Under the pieces are notes generated by a model, which worked only from the letters and a program-made list of their open reading frames with translations, made no database searches and was not told the origin of the DNA. 64,000 nucleotides of DNA. Origin: an uncultured delta proteobacterium (GTDB lineage Bacteria; Desulfobacterota; Binatia; Binatales; Binataceae). Position 1 is the first letter of the stretch. Every line of letters begins with the position of its first letter. Made by a program: the position numbers and the translations under genes. The stretch covers positions 1,088,001 through 1,152,000 of the forward strand of contig CAVQEQ010000004.1 in NCBI GenBank assembly GCA_963711565.1, read 5' to 3'. Of the stretch, positions 10,312 through 19,318 are shown piece after piece.

Positions 10312-10943
10312 GGGCGCGCGCGTCCGGCGCGGATTTCCGCGCACATCTGCTCGACCGTCTTGACCTCGCGCTCGAACTCCGTCGCGACTGTCATGAACCA
10401 TTTCGCCGTCGCGAAATGCGCGTCGCTGCCCCCGACCGCCGTCAGCCCGAGCTTCAGCGCCGCGTCTTCTGCGCGCCGATTCTCCTCGGCTGAGTTCTGG
10501 CCGTTCAGCACTTCGACCGCGCCGAGCGCCGCGCCGTGACGGCTCAGTAGCGCGTCGAGCCGCGACCCATAGCCGGAGTCGCGAAACGGATGCGCCGGTA
10601 TTGCGACGCCGCCCTCATGATGCAGGACTTCGATCAGGCTGTCGCTTTTGAGCATCCGCGCCGTCAGATCGAATCGCCGCGTCACTTCGTCGTTCACGCC
10701 GAACAGGAGCAGATGACCAAGGTCGGTGTCGGTCTCGATTCCTTTGAAGATTGCGATTTCAAATCGCTCCGCGAGTTCCGCGTACAGCCGTCCGACTTCG
10801 CCGTCACCGGGGAACAGGCGATGCTCGGTGAAGCAAATCGCGCCGAGTGCGCGGCCGGAGCGCTTCACGAATTCGAGATACTGCTCCGGCGCGACGTTCG
10901 AGTCGGCGGAAAGCCTGGTGTGGACGTGCAGATCGGCGATCAT
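10287..10943 (-). CDS. PHP domain metallophosphoesterase
   Basis: DLHVHT, TEH, GHLL, AHPFR, GGSDAH motifs. Confidence 0.85.
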   Translation of the reverse strand: MIADLHVHTRLSADSNVAPEQYLEFVKRSGRALGAICFTEHRLFPGDGEVGRLYAELAERFEIAIFKGIETDTDLGHLLLFGVNDEVTRRFDLTARMLKSDSLIEVLHHEGGVAIPAHPFRDSGYGSRLDALLSRHGAALGAVEVLNGQNSAEENRRAEDAALKLGLTAVGGSDAHFATAKWFMTVATEFEREVKTVEQMCAEIRAGRARPYTFFEPT

Positions 10944-10953
10944 GAAGTCGATG

Positions 10954-12471
10954 CTACGGCTCGGCGAAGGTATCGCGCACCTGGATGTGATCCTCGATCG
11001 AGAAAATTCGCGCGAACATGAAAATCTGCGTCTGCACCATCAGACGATCCGCTTCGGTCGGCACCGTGCCCCACAGGACGATCGTGTCGCCCTCCATTTT
11101 GAAATGCACCGAGCCGTAACCCTGCGCGTCGAGCGCCTGGCGCAGCGCGACCTCGCGCGGTGCAGTATGCGCTGGTTCGGGCGCATCGGGCGCGCCGCCA
11201 TCGGGCACCGACGGCACCGAGCCATAGTCGGGTCCGGGTCCGGTATCGCCGTCGGAAGGCTGCGGTTGCGATGAATGGAAAATCAGGTACCCGATCAGAA
11301 AAAATCCACCGACCACTAGCGTCATCAGTCGCGCGGGATGCCGCCGGCGGCGGCGCTCATGAAAAATCGGACCCGGAAAATCACCAGGTGAGGCAACGTC
11401 GTCGAGCACGATCGTCTGCGCCTCAGGCGTCGCGCCGCGATCCACCGCCGACAATCGTCCCGTCACGTCCGCGGCGCAGAACGAGCAGAAGTTCGAATCG
11501 GCCGGAATGCTACGGCCGCATCGCGGACACTCAGTATCGATCGCATTGCTCAGCATCGTCGGCGCCGACGCATGCTGCTCTCTCGACCTCATGCCGCCCA
11601 GCGGTAGTTTGAGTTGCGGACGCGACGACGCCACGGTTGACGAACTGCGCTGCGGTATCGTTATCGGCGTCCCCGACTTGATCGCCAGCAGCCGCTGCCT
11701 GAATTCCGCGGCGTCGGCCATGCGCAAGGCAACGTCGTACTTGAGCGCCTGATCGACCAGCTCGCACAGCGCGGGAGTGATGTCAGGGCAGAGCGAATGC
11801 AACGGTGGAAAACTGAACGGCGGTTCGAGCGCGGGGTCACGGCCCGACAGCGCGTGATGCATCGTGGCGCCCAGGGCGTACAGGTCAGAGCGGAATTCGA
11901 CCTTGCCGCGATATTGCTCCGGCGGCGCGTAGCCCTGCGTACCGATCATCGTGGCGTTGCTGAGCGGCTGGAATAGTCGTGCGATTCCGAAGTCAATCAG
12001 CTTCACCTGCTCCGACGGCGTCAGCATCACGTTCGACGGCTTCAGGTCGCGATAGATAACCGGCGGTTCGAGGTTGTGCAGGTATTCGAGTGTGTCGAGC
12101 ACCTGCAGCGCCACGTCGGTCACCTCGCCCTCGGGCAGCTTGCCGCCCGCGCCTCTGAGTTTCTCTTCGAGCGTGATCCCGTCGATGAACTCCATGACGA
12201 GATAGTGATGGTTCTGGTCGCTGAAGCGATCGAACACGCGCGGGATATGTTCGTTGCTGAGTTGCGCCAGCATGTCGGCCTCACGCTGAAACGCGGCGAT
12301 GGCCTGCTTCTGCGTGTCGGGACTGGTGAAGCTGTCAACCATCTCGGCCAGCGCGCACGGCCGCGCCGCCAGCCGCAAGTCCTCGGCCAGGTAGACGAGC
12401 TTCATCCCGCCCCCGCCAAGCGGCTTCATCACGCGGTAACGTCCGCCGACGATTGTGTTGGGCGCAATCAT
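10954..12471 (-). CDS. Hanks-type Ser/Thr protein kinase with zinc ribbon, TM helix and C-terminal BON-like domain
   Basis: LGGGGM, YRDLKPSN, DFG, GTQGYAPPEQ, DLYALG; CPRCG..FCSFC ribbon; TM segment; terminal VLWGTV...IEDHIQV. Confidence 0.9.
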   Translation of the reverse strand: MIAPNTIVGGRYRVMKPLGGGGMKLVYLAEDLRLAARPCALAEMVDSFTSPDTQKQAIAAFQREADMLAQLSNEHIPRVFDRFSDQNHHYLVMEFIDGITLEEKLRGAGGKLPEGEVTDVALQVLDTLEYLHNLEPPVIYRDLKPSNVMLTPSEQVKLIDFGIARLFQPLSNATMIGTQGYAPPEQYRGKVEFRSDLYALGATMHHALSGRDPALEPPFSFPPLHSLCPDITPALCELVDQALKYDVALRMADAAEFRQRLLAIKSGTPITIPQRSSSTVASSRPQLKLPLGGMRSREQHASAPTMLSNAIDTECPRCGRSIPADSNFCSFCAADVTGRLSAVDRGATPEAQTIVLDDVASPGDFPGPIFHERRRRRHPARLMTLVVGGFFLIGYLIFHSSQPQPSDGDTGPGPDYGSVPSVPDGGAPDAPEPAHTAPREVALRQALDAQGYGSVHFKMEGDTIVLWGTVPTEADRLMVQTQIFMFARIFSIEDHIQVRDTFAEP

Positions 12472-12532
12472 GCCTACGCTAAGAATCTAACCATTACTTC
12501 AATTCTGTGGCAGCCGGCGCGTGTCCCCATCT

Positions 12533-12871
12533 TCATCGCGCGATCCTGTCTTCGCGGAGCGTGTCGGAGAAGGCGGCGTTTGCAGCGCATATGAGATGAA
12601 TCAAGACGCCGAACGGTGCGCCCATCTCGTACGCCATCGACACGCCGAAAAACCACAAAATTCCCTTGAACGGTCTGCCGCGGTAGATATGGCCGACGCC
12701 CGGGACGATGCTCAACACGAGCGCCAGCACCGGGTTGAATCCGTTTCTGTGCAACAGCGGGAACCGGGTGACCGGCGCGCCGCACGATTTGCAGAAACTC
12801 GCCTCGGCGACCACGATCGGCGCACCGCATCGCGAACAGAACCTCGGCTTTTCGAAGTCCGCTTCAGCCAC
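12533..12871 (-). CDS. Zinc-ribbon plus membrane-segment small protein
   Basis: FCSRCG..FCKSCG; LSIVPGVGHIY TM2-like motif; overlaps the FHA gene stop. Confidence 0.75.
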   Translation of the reverse strand: MAEADFEKPRFCSRCGAPIVVAEASFCKSCGAPVTRFPLLHRNGFNPVLALVLSIVPGVGHIYRGRPFKGILWFFGVSMAYEMGAPFGVLIHLICAANAAFSDTLREDRIAR

Positions 12872-14195
12872 GGAAAGTAAACTGCGCGTCGCCGACCCGG
12901 ATGATTTCGCCGTCGCCGACGCGCGTCGGCTCGGTCACGCGCCGACTGCCGACGAACGTCCCGTTCTGGCTGTTGAGGTCGCGCACCACGAACGTGCTGT
13001 TGGAATTCTCGATGCTCGCGTGATGCCGTGAGACCGACGAGTGGCTGACGACGATTTCGTTGTCGAGCGCGCGCCCGATCCGCGTAACCGAGCCGGTGTG
13101 GACGGGGTAGGGCTGCCCCGACGCGTCGATCAAGCTCGGCCCGTCAACCTTGACGTTCGCCCCTGCCAGCCGCGTGGCGATGTGCGCGGGATTCACCGCA
13201 TCCGCCGCCAGCGACGCCTGTTGCCGCGCGGCCGTCGAGGTTCCGCGCAGATGGAACATCATCTCGTAGCCGCCGATATTGACTCGATCGCCGTCGTGCA
13301 GGTCAACGCTTTCGATTCGCTTGCCGTTGACAAAGGTGCCTTCCTGCACCGCGAGATTCCTGATCACGTAATCGGCCCCGCGTCGTTCAATCACCGCGTG
13401 CCGCTGCTGCACCGAGGGATCGCCGAACAGGCCGACCGGATTTTCCTCGGCGCGCCCAATCGTCGCGCGCGCTCCCTCGATCCGGTACTGGCGTCCGCGC
13501 AGCCGTCCCTGCTCGACCGTGACCCACGCGGCCTTGGTCAGCTCCTGCACGAGTCCAATGAACAATCCAATCGCTAGGCCGGTGACCGCTTCGCCGAAGA
13601 AGCGCGATGCCAGTCCGCCGCCGACGATTGCGCCGATCAAATCGAACGCGATTCCGCCGACCGCGCCGCCGAGCAGTCCGCCCACAGCGCCCTTGGGCAC
13701 GTTATCCATCGTGAGAGTCGCCAAACCCACGCCAGCGCCCACCAGCGCTCCGTCGATTGCCCATCCCAGCAGCCGCGCGATGACGAGAGTTATGACCGAA
13801 CCCGAAACCAGCTGGCCATCCGGGTTGAAGCCGACGCCGCCCGCCTGCAGGACAGCGTTGAATACGTAGTTTCCGAGATAAGTGGAGAGAAACGAGAGCG
13901 CAAAACAGATCGCGAAGCCGCGCATGAAACGCCGCTGCGCCTCCGGCGTCAAGCGAACGTCTGACGTATCCACGGCCGTGATGAACGCGCCAATCGCACC
14001 CGCGGCTATCGCCGCCGACAGGTAGTACGCAATCGTATCGCCGGTCGTCTGCGCCTCGCCAAGGTGAGAGTTATGCGATGCCAGCTCGACCGGCAGCCAT
14101 CCGATCGCGCCGCCACACAGGCCGGCCAGAGCTTTGAACGTCAGTTCGCGCCGGTTAAGAGATTCGCTTTTGAGTAGAGCTAGAGGTGAATCCAC
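12864..14195 (-). CDS. Polytopic membrane protein with two C-terminal FHA domains
   Basis: Gly-rich TM region; FHA motifs IGR...VQQRHA...GTFVNG and IGR...VSRHHA...SQNGTFV. Confidence 0.85.
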   Translation of the reverse strand: MDSPLALLKSESLNRRELTFKALAGLCGGAIGWLPVELASHNSHLGEAQTTGDTIAYYLSAAIAAGAIGAFITAVDTSDVRLTPEAQRRFMRGFAICFALSFLSTYLGNYVFNAVLQAGGVGFNPDGQLVSGSVITLVIARLLGWAIDGALVGAGVGLATLTMDNVPKGAVGGLLGGAVGGIAFDLIGAIVGGGLASRFFGEAVTGLAIGLFIGLVQELTKAAWVTVEQGRLRGRQYRIEGARATIGRAEENPVGLFGDPSVQQRHAVIERRGADYVIRNLAVQEGTFVNGKRIESVDLHDGDRVNIGGYEMMFHLRGTSTAARQQASLAADAVNPAHIATRLAGANVKVDGPSLIDASGQPYPVHTGSVTRIGRALDNEIVVSHSSVSRHHASIENSNSTFVVRDLNSQNGTFVGSRRVTEPTRVGDGEIIRVGDAQFTFRG

Positions 14196-14342
14196 GGCAC
14201 CCTCGGCACATGCATCCTGCTTCTAAGATATAATAGCCCGCAGCCGCGCGCTGGAAAACGCTCTTCGCGAACGGCATGCAATCGGCGGACTGCGGCCCTT
14301 GTATTGCCCGCGTTCGGCGAAAACAGGCATCATCCCGGTGTC

Positions 14343-15584
14343 ATGAGCACTGAAAACCTGGTCTCTGAAAAATTCGGCCCCTTGCAGGGCGTGAAGATCG
14401 TCTCGACCGGGACGTTGATCGCGCAGCCGTTCGCCGCCGAACTGGCCGCCGAGATGGGCGCGGAAGTCATCCAGATCGAACGGCCGGGAATTGGCGACGT
14501 CGGATGGCGCAACATCGGGATCAGGCTCAAAACCAAAGACGGCAACGCCGCCGTCGCGACCACCTGGATCCAGGAACGGCGCAACGTCTTCTGCATCTCG
14601 CTGGACTTATCGAAGCCGCGCGGCCGCGAACTTTTTCTCAAGCTCATCGCGCGTGCCGACATCTGGATGGAAAGCTCGAAGCCCGGCACTTACCGCAAGT
14701 GGGACCTCGACGATGCCGCGATCTGGAAGGTCAATCCCAAGCTGGTGATCGCTCACGTCTCGGGCTTCGGCCAGAGCGGCGACCCCGACTACGTCCATCG
14801 CGCGTCATACGACGTAGTCGGGCAGGCGGTCGGCGGCATGATGAGCCAGACCGGCTTTCCCGACCCGACACCGCCGACGCGCGCCGCGCCGTGGACCGGC
14901 GACTACATCACCGCGCTGTTCGCGATGTGGTCGTCGCTGGCCGGCCTCACTTACGCGCGCGCAACCGGAAAAGGCCAGTCGATCAACGTCGCTCAGTACG
15001 AGGCGATTCACAAAACGCTGGGCGGCACGATGGTTGAATACTTCCAGAACGGCATCGTTCGCGAGCGCTCCGGAAATCGCGCGCAGGGCTTTCAGCCGCT
15101 CGACACGTTTCAAGCGTCCGACGGATGGGTCGTGATGGGCGCGATCGGCAACGTCTATTCGCGAATGCTGCGCGTGATTGGGCTCGATCCCGCCGACCCG
15201 AAATGGGAAACGGCGCGCACCCAACTCGAATCGATCGAAGGAATCGAGTTCGATGCGATCCTTCGCGGATGGATTTCCGAGCGCACCGTGAAAGACGTTG
15301 TGACGGCGATGGCGGCCGGCAACGTGCCGTGCTCGCCGATCATGACGAGCAAGGACATCGCCGAAGACCCGCAATACCGCGCTCGCGGTATGCACGTCGA
15401 ATGGGAAGACGAGCAGGTCGGCAAGGTGAAAGGTATCGGCGTCGCCCCAAAGTTCTCGGTGACGCCGGGAAAAATCGTGCGCGGCTCGGTGCCGCTAGGC
15501 CACGACAACGACCGCGTCTATCGGGAGATGCTCGGTGTTAGCGCCGCCGAACTCGAGCTGCTCCGCCGCGACAAAGTGATCTAG
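14343..15584 (+). CDS. CaiB/BaiF family CoA transferase
   Basis: PLQGVKIV, AEMGAEVIQIE, SGFGQSG, SYDVVGQA, PLGHDND motifs. Confidence 0.88.
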   Translation: MSTENLVSEKFGPLQGVKIVSTGTLIAQPFAAELAAEMGAEVIQIERPGIGDVGWRNIGIRLKTKDGNAAVATTWIQERRNVFCISLDLSKPRGRELFLKLIARADIWMESSKPGTYRKWDLDDAAIWKVNPKLVIAHVSGFGQSGDPDYVHRASYDVVGQAVGGMMSQTGFPDPTPPTRAAPWTGDYITALFAMWSSLAGLTYARATGKGQSINVAQYEAIHKTLGGTMVEYFQNGIVRERSGNRAQGFQPLDTFQASDGWVVMGAIGNVYSRMLRVIGLDPADPKWETARTQLESIEGIEFDAILRGWISERTVKDVVTAMAAGNVPCSPIMTSKDIAEDPQYRARGMHVEWEDEQVGKVKGIGVAPKFSVTPGKIVRGSVPLGHDNDRVYREMLGVSAAELELLRRDKVI

Positions 15585-16408
15585 TTCGCGACCTTCGCCA
15601 TGAAAGTCTCGACCGATCTGCCAAACGCTTTCTCGTCCGCATAGCGACCCAGGTCCAGGATGAAATAAGTCGCGCCGGCTTCCTTCTCGGCGGCCACCTT
15701 CGCGCGCGCTGCGGCGGTGTCATCGAGCCTGAATCCTCGACGCACGATGATCTCAGCAGGTTGGCGTCCCGCCGCACGCGCCCGTGCATTCAATTCTTCA
15801 ACTTTTGCCTTAAGTTCCGCCGCCGGCAGCATCGGATGCCACCCGTCGCCGAACTTCAGTGCGCGATTCATCGCAGCCGGCCCGTTGCCGCCAATCCAGA
15901 TAGGCGGGCGCTTGGGCCTCGGCAGAAATACAAACGATGGGAACTTCACCAACGGACTGTCGAAGGCGCCGGGGACGTCGGCGCTGAACAGATGATGAAT
16001 CACGCTCAGCGTCTCATCGGTAATCGCGCCGCGTTTGCGAAACTCGGCACCCAGCGCTGCGAACTCCGGCTTCATCCAGCCGACGCCGACGCCGAGAATC
16101 ATTCGCTCGCCCGAAAGTTCCTGGATCGTCGCGACCTGCTTCGCAGTCAACACGGCGGGCCGATAGGGCACGACCAGCACCGAAACGCCGAGCCGGATTT
16201 TCTCGGTCGCGCCGGCGATGAAGGCCAGCGTCGCGAGCACGTCGAGATAGCGGCCGCCACTACCTTCGGTCTGGTCGGGCGGAATACACAAATGGTCGGA
16301 GACGAAGAGCGCATCGAAGCCGGCCTGCTCCGCGATTCGTGCGCATGCGCGAATCGTCGCGCGGTTGGATTGCGGACCCATGTTGCGGATTGCGACTGCG
16401 AATTTCAT
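15581..16408 (-). CDS. LLM class flavin/F420-dependent oxidoreductase
   Basis: GFDALFVSDH, IRLGVSV, GVGVGWMKPEF, PPIWIGG, GDGWHP. Confidence 0.88.
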   Translation of the reverse strand: MKFAVAIRNMGPQSNRATIRACARIAEQAGFDALFVSDHLCIPPDQTEGSGGRYLDVLATLAFIAGATEKIRLGVSVLVVPYRPAVLTAKQVATIQELSGERMILGVGVGWMKPEFAALGAEFRKRGAITDETLSVIHHLFSADVPGAFDSPLVKFPSFVFLPRPKRPPIWIGGNGPAAMNRALKFGDGWHPMLPAAELKAKVEELNARARAAGRQPAEIIVRRGFRLDDTAAARAKVAAEKEAGATYFILDLGRYADEKAFGRSVETFMAKVAN

Positions 16409-16503
16409 TGTTGTTTCTCCGGCGATATCACTGCCACGGAAAAAAGACTGGCAAGCGCGCGCGCATCCAGTCAAACTACTCGGCCACTGGAGGCGATAGA
16501 CGC

Positions 16504-17136
16504 GTGGGCCGTCCATCCGCGAAGCAGCGCAAGCCTTACAATCCCGACGCGATCCTCAACGTCGCCGTGCGCGTGTTCCGCGAGCGCGGCTACGACGGCA
16601 GCACGCTCGACAACGTCGCGCGCGCGGCTGGCATCACCAAGGCCAGCATCTACTATCACGTACGCGGCAAGGAAGAGCTGCTGGCGCGCGGCGTCGGCCG
16701 CGCGCTCGACGCGCTGTTCGCCGTGCTCGACGAGCGGCCCGCAAAGCGGGGCCGCGCCGCGGCGCGTCTCAGATACATCGTACATCGCACGATCGAGGCC
16801 ACCGTCGATCAATTGCCCGAGGTGGCGCTGCTGCTGCGCGTCCGCGGCAATACTGCCGTCGAACGGCGCATCATGGAACGAAGGCGCGCGTTCGACCATC
16901 TGATTGCGCGATTGATGCGCAATGCGCAGCGCCAGGGCGATCTGCGCGCCAACGTCGAGCCGCGGCTCGCGACGCGCCTGCTGTTCGGGATGCTCAATTC
17001 GGTAACGGAATGGTACCGCCCCGGCGGCGACCTGGACGCACCCGAAATAGCGGAGGCGATATTCCGGATGGCATTCGAGGGGATGGAGCAGGGCGCCCAC
17101 CACCGCGTTTTGACAAATCAACCAAATGGTAGGTAA
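16504..17136 (+). CDS. TetR family regulator, PaaR-like
   Basis: VFRERGYDGS...AGITKASIYYHVRGKEELL; LLLRVRGNT and RLLFGMLNS..EWYRP segments resemble actinobacterial PaaR; GGAGG RBS before GTG. Confidence 0.8.
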   Translation: MGRPSAKQRKPYNPDAILNVAVRVFRERGYDGSTLDNVARAAGITKASIYYHVRGKEELLARGVGRALDALFAVLDERPAKRGRAAARLRYIVHRTIEATVDQLPEVALLLRVRGNTAVERRIMERRRAFDHLIARLMRNAQRQGDLRANVEPRLATRLLFGMLNSVTEWYRPGGDLDAPEIAEAIFRMAFEGMEQGAHHRVLTNQPNGR

Positions 17137-17139
17137 ATT
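17110..17139 (+). promoter_or_regulatory. Sigma70-like promoter with an internal palindromic operator
   Basis: TTGACA 17110-17115, 18-nt spacer, TAAATT 17134-17139; CAACCA-AA-TGGTAG palindrome 17119-17132; AGGAGA RBS downstream. Confidence 0.55.
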
Positions 17140-17159
17140 AGATCAGGAGACAAAACGCG

Positions 17160-18182
17160 ATGAACGAATTCGAAATCCCGGAGGGCGGCCTGGTCGAGGC
17201 GCCTGCCGTTGCGCAACCGAATATCTTTCCCATCGAATGGCGATGCGAGACGCCCAAGCTCGCCGAGATTTACGAGCGCGCAAAGCGGGAAGGTTTCAAT
17301 CCCGCGGATATCAACTGGAGCGAGCTGTCACCCGAGGCGTGGAGCGACGACGAGAAGGTCGCGATCATGTACTGGTGGGCTCTCCTGTCCAACTTCGATT
17401 CGTCGGGACCGGCGGTCTTTGCGCGCGCGACGATTCATGCCTGGGAGATGCACGAGGAAGACCCGGTCCGCAAATGCTTTTTCTCGATCACGCGTGACGA
17501 GACCAATCACGAGGAAACCTGTCAGCGCGTGATCCAGCGCCTGGTGCCGAACGGCCCGCAAGGTTTCACGCCCAAAAGCGAGCTGCAGCGCGTCGCGCTC
17601 AACAATATCGGTTGGCTCTACCATAACGGCGGCCGCTACTGGACCGGCTACAACCGCGCGATCGATCGTTATCCGCTCGCCGTGATCTTCACCTCGTTCA
17701 TGATGGGCGAAGTGGCATCATCGACGCTGTTCCACGGCATGGCGCACGCCACGACGCATCCGGTGTTCCGCGATATCTTCACCAAAATCGGCCGCGACGA
17801 AGCGCGTCATCTGCAGATTTGCATCAACCTGCTCGAGAAGGAGTGGCCGGGACTCACCGACGAGCACAAAACCTTTATCACCAAGCAGCTCCGCGCCGGC
17901 TTCGTCTTCCTCTCGATGGTGCTCTGGGAGCCGCCGGCGCAGTTCTGGGATTTGCCCGGATATTTTTTGCACAACCATCGCATCTTGCTGCGAACCGCGC
18001 GCGAGGCTGGCCTCGGAGTTCTGACGTTCGAGCAACAGGCCGACAACTGGCGCCTTGCGATCGCGCGCGTCCGCAAACTGGTCGAGCGCTGGGACATCCA
18101 GTTCCCCGCGATTCCCGAACTTGATATTGAGGGTGTTGACGTCGGCGATATCACCGCCGACGACATCATCCCCGTGTTCTAG
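17160..18182 (+). CDS. Ferritin-like di-iron carboxylate protein (putative oxygenase)
   Basis: Two DExxH motifs (RDETNH, RDEARH) with upstream acidic ligands (NFD, MGE). Confidence 0.75.
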   Translation: MNEFEIPEGGLVEAPAVAQPNIFPIEWRCETPKLAEIYERAKREGFNPADINWSELSPEAWSDDEKVAIMYWWALLSNFDSSGPAVFARATIHAWEMHEEDPVRKCFFSITRDETNHEETCQRVIQRLVPNGPQGFTPKSELQRVALNNIGWLYHNGGRYWTGYNRAIDRYPLAVIFTSFMMGEVASSTLFHGMAHATTHPVFRDIFTKIGRDEARHLQICINLLEKEWPGLTDEHKTFITKQLRAGFVFLSMVLWEPPAQFWDLPGYFLHNHRILLRTAREAGLGVLTFEQQADNWRLAIARVRKLVERWDIQFPAIPELDIEGVDVGDITADDIIPVF

Positions 18183-18202
18183 CAGACTCAGAGGCGATCA
18201 AT

Positions 18203-18975
18203 ATGAGCGTCGATTTGTCGGTCGATAACGGTCTCGCCGAAATTGTTCTCAACCGGCCCGACAAGATGAACGCGTTGAGCGACGCGATGGTGGCCGAGTT
18301 GAACGGATGCGTCGAGCGCGCCGCCTCGCAGGGCGTTCGCGCGATGATGATTCGCGGCGAAGGACCGGCGTTCTGCGCCGGCCGCGATCTCGCCGATGCG
18401 CACCCCGGCGACGAAGACGCCGAAGCGATAATCGAGACGACGTTCAACCCGCTGATGAAGCGAATCGTCGCGTTCCCCGCGCCGACATTCGCCGCCGTTC
18501 ACGGCGCGTGCCTGGAGCCGGCCTGGGAATCGCCCTCGGATGCGACGTGGTCTATATTGCCGACGACGCGAAAATCGGTTCACCGTTTGCGCGCATCGGC
18601 GCGGTGCTGGACTCCGGCGGCCATTCGTTTTTCGTCTCGCGCCTCGGGACGCATCGCGCGCTCGAACTGATCTACACGGGACGATTGCTCTCAGGTATCG
18701 AAGCGGCGCAACTCGGACTCGTCAATCGAAGCATGCCGAAGGATTCGCTCATCGCAGAGACGCGTAAAGTTGCGGCGCAGGTGGCGCAAGGTCCCACCGC
18801 TGCGTTCATGCAATCGAAGCGCCTCGTGCGCAGGATCGATGAAGAGGCGATGGGCTTGTTCGCGGTTCTGAAATGCGAAGCGCAGGCGCAAGGCGCGGCG
18901 GGCCGCACTGCCGACTACAAGGAAGGTATCTCGGCCTTCCAGCAAAAGCGCGCGCCGAAGTTCGTCGGGAAGTAG
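18203..18975 (+). CDS. Enoyl-CoA hydratase/isomerase (PaaG-like), -1 frameshift near 18514
   Basis: LNRPDKMNAL, AFCAGRDL, AAVHGAC in the first frame; GAGLGIALGCD, FARIGAVLDSGG, DYKEGISAF in the second. Confidence 0.85.
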
Positions 18976-19043
18976 AAAGAGCGAAGGGCAGGCTTCGACC
19001 CGAGGCGTATTTCGGCGGATACTGAGGCTTGGAGAAAAACCTC

Positions 19044-19301
19044 GTGGAAGAAAAAATCAAAGTTGGATTCCAGGCTTACGTTTCCGACGGAGGCGAGGAG
19101 TTCGGCGCGGTTCGCCAGGTGTCGCCGGGCGGACGCCCCGAGCTGGTGATCTACGTCGAGAATGCCGGCGACTTCACGGTCCCGCTCAGCGCCGTCGAGG
19201 CGGTGCATTCCGAGAAGGTTGTGCTGAATTGCGCCAAGCTCGATCGCAAGCTGCGGCATGCAATTGGCCACGCGCATGACGCCGAAAAGCCCGGCGCTTG
19301 A
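19044..19301 (+). CDS. Small hypothetical protein (PRC-barrel-like)
   Basis: Clean ORF with GGAG RBS; beta-rich pattern VGFQAYVSDGGEEFGAV..IYVENAGDF. Confidence 0.6.
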   Translation: MEEKIKVGFQAYVSDGGEEFGAVRQVSPGGRPELVIYVENAGDFTVPLSAVEAVHSEKVVLNCAKLDRKLRHAIGHAHDAEKPGA

Positions 19302-19318
19302 TGCTCGCAGATAGCAGG

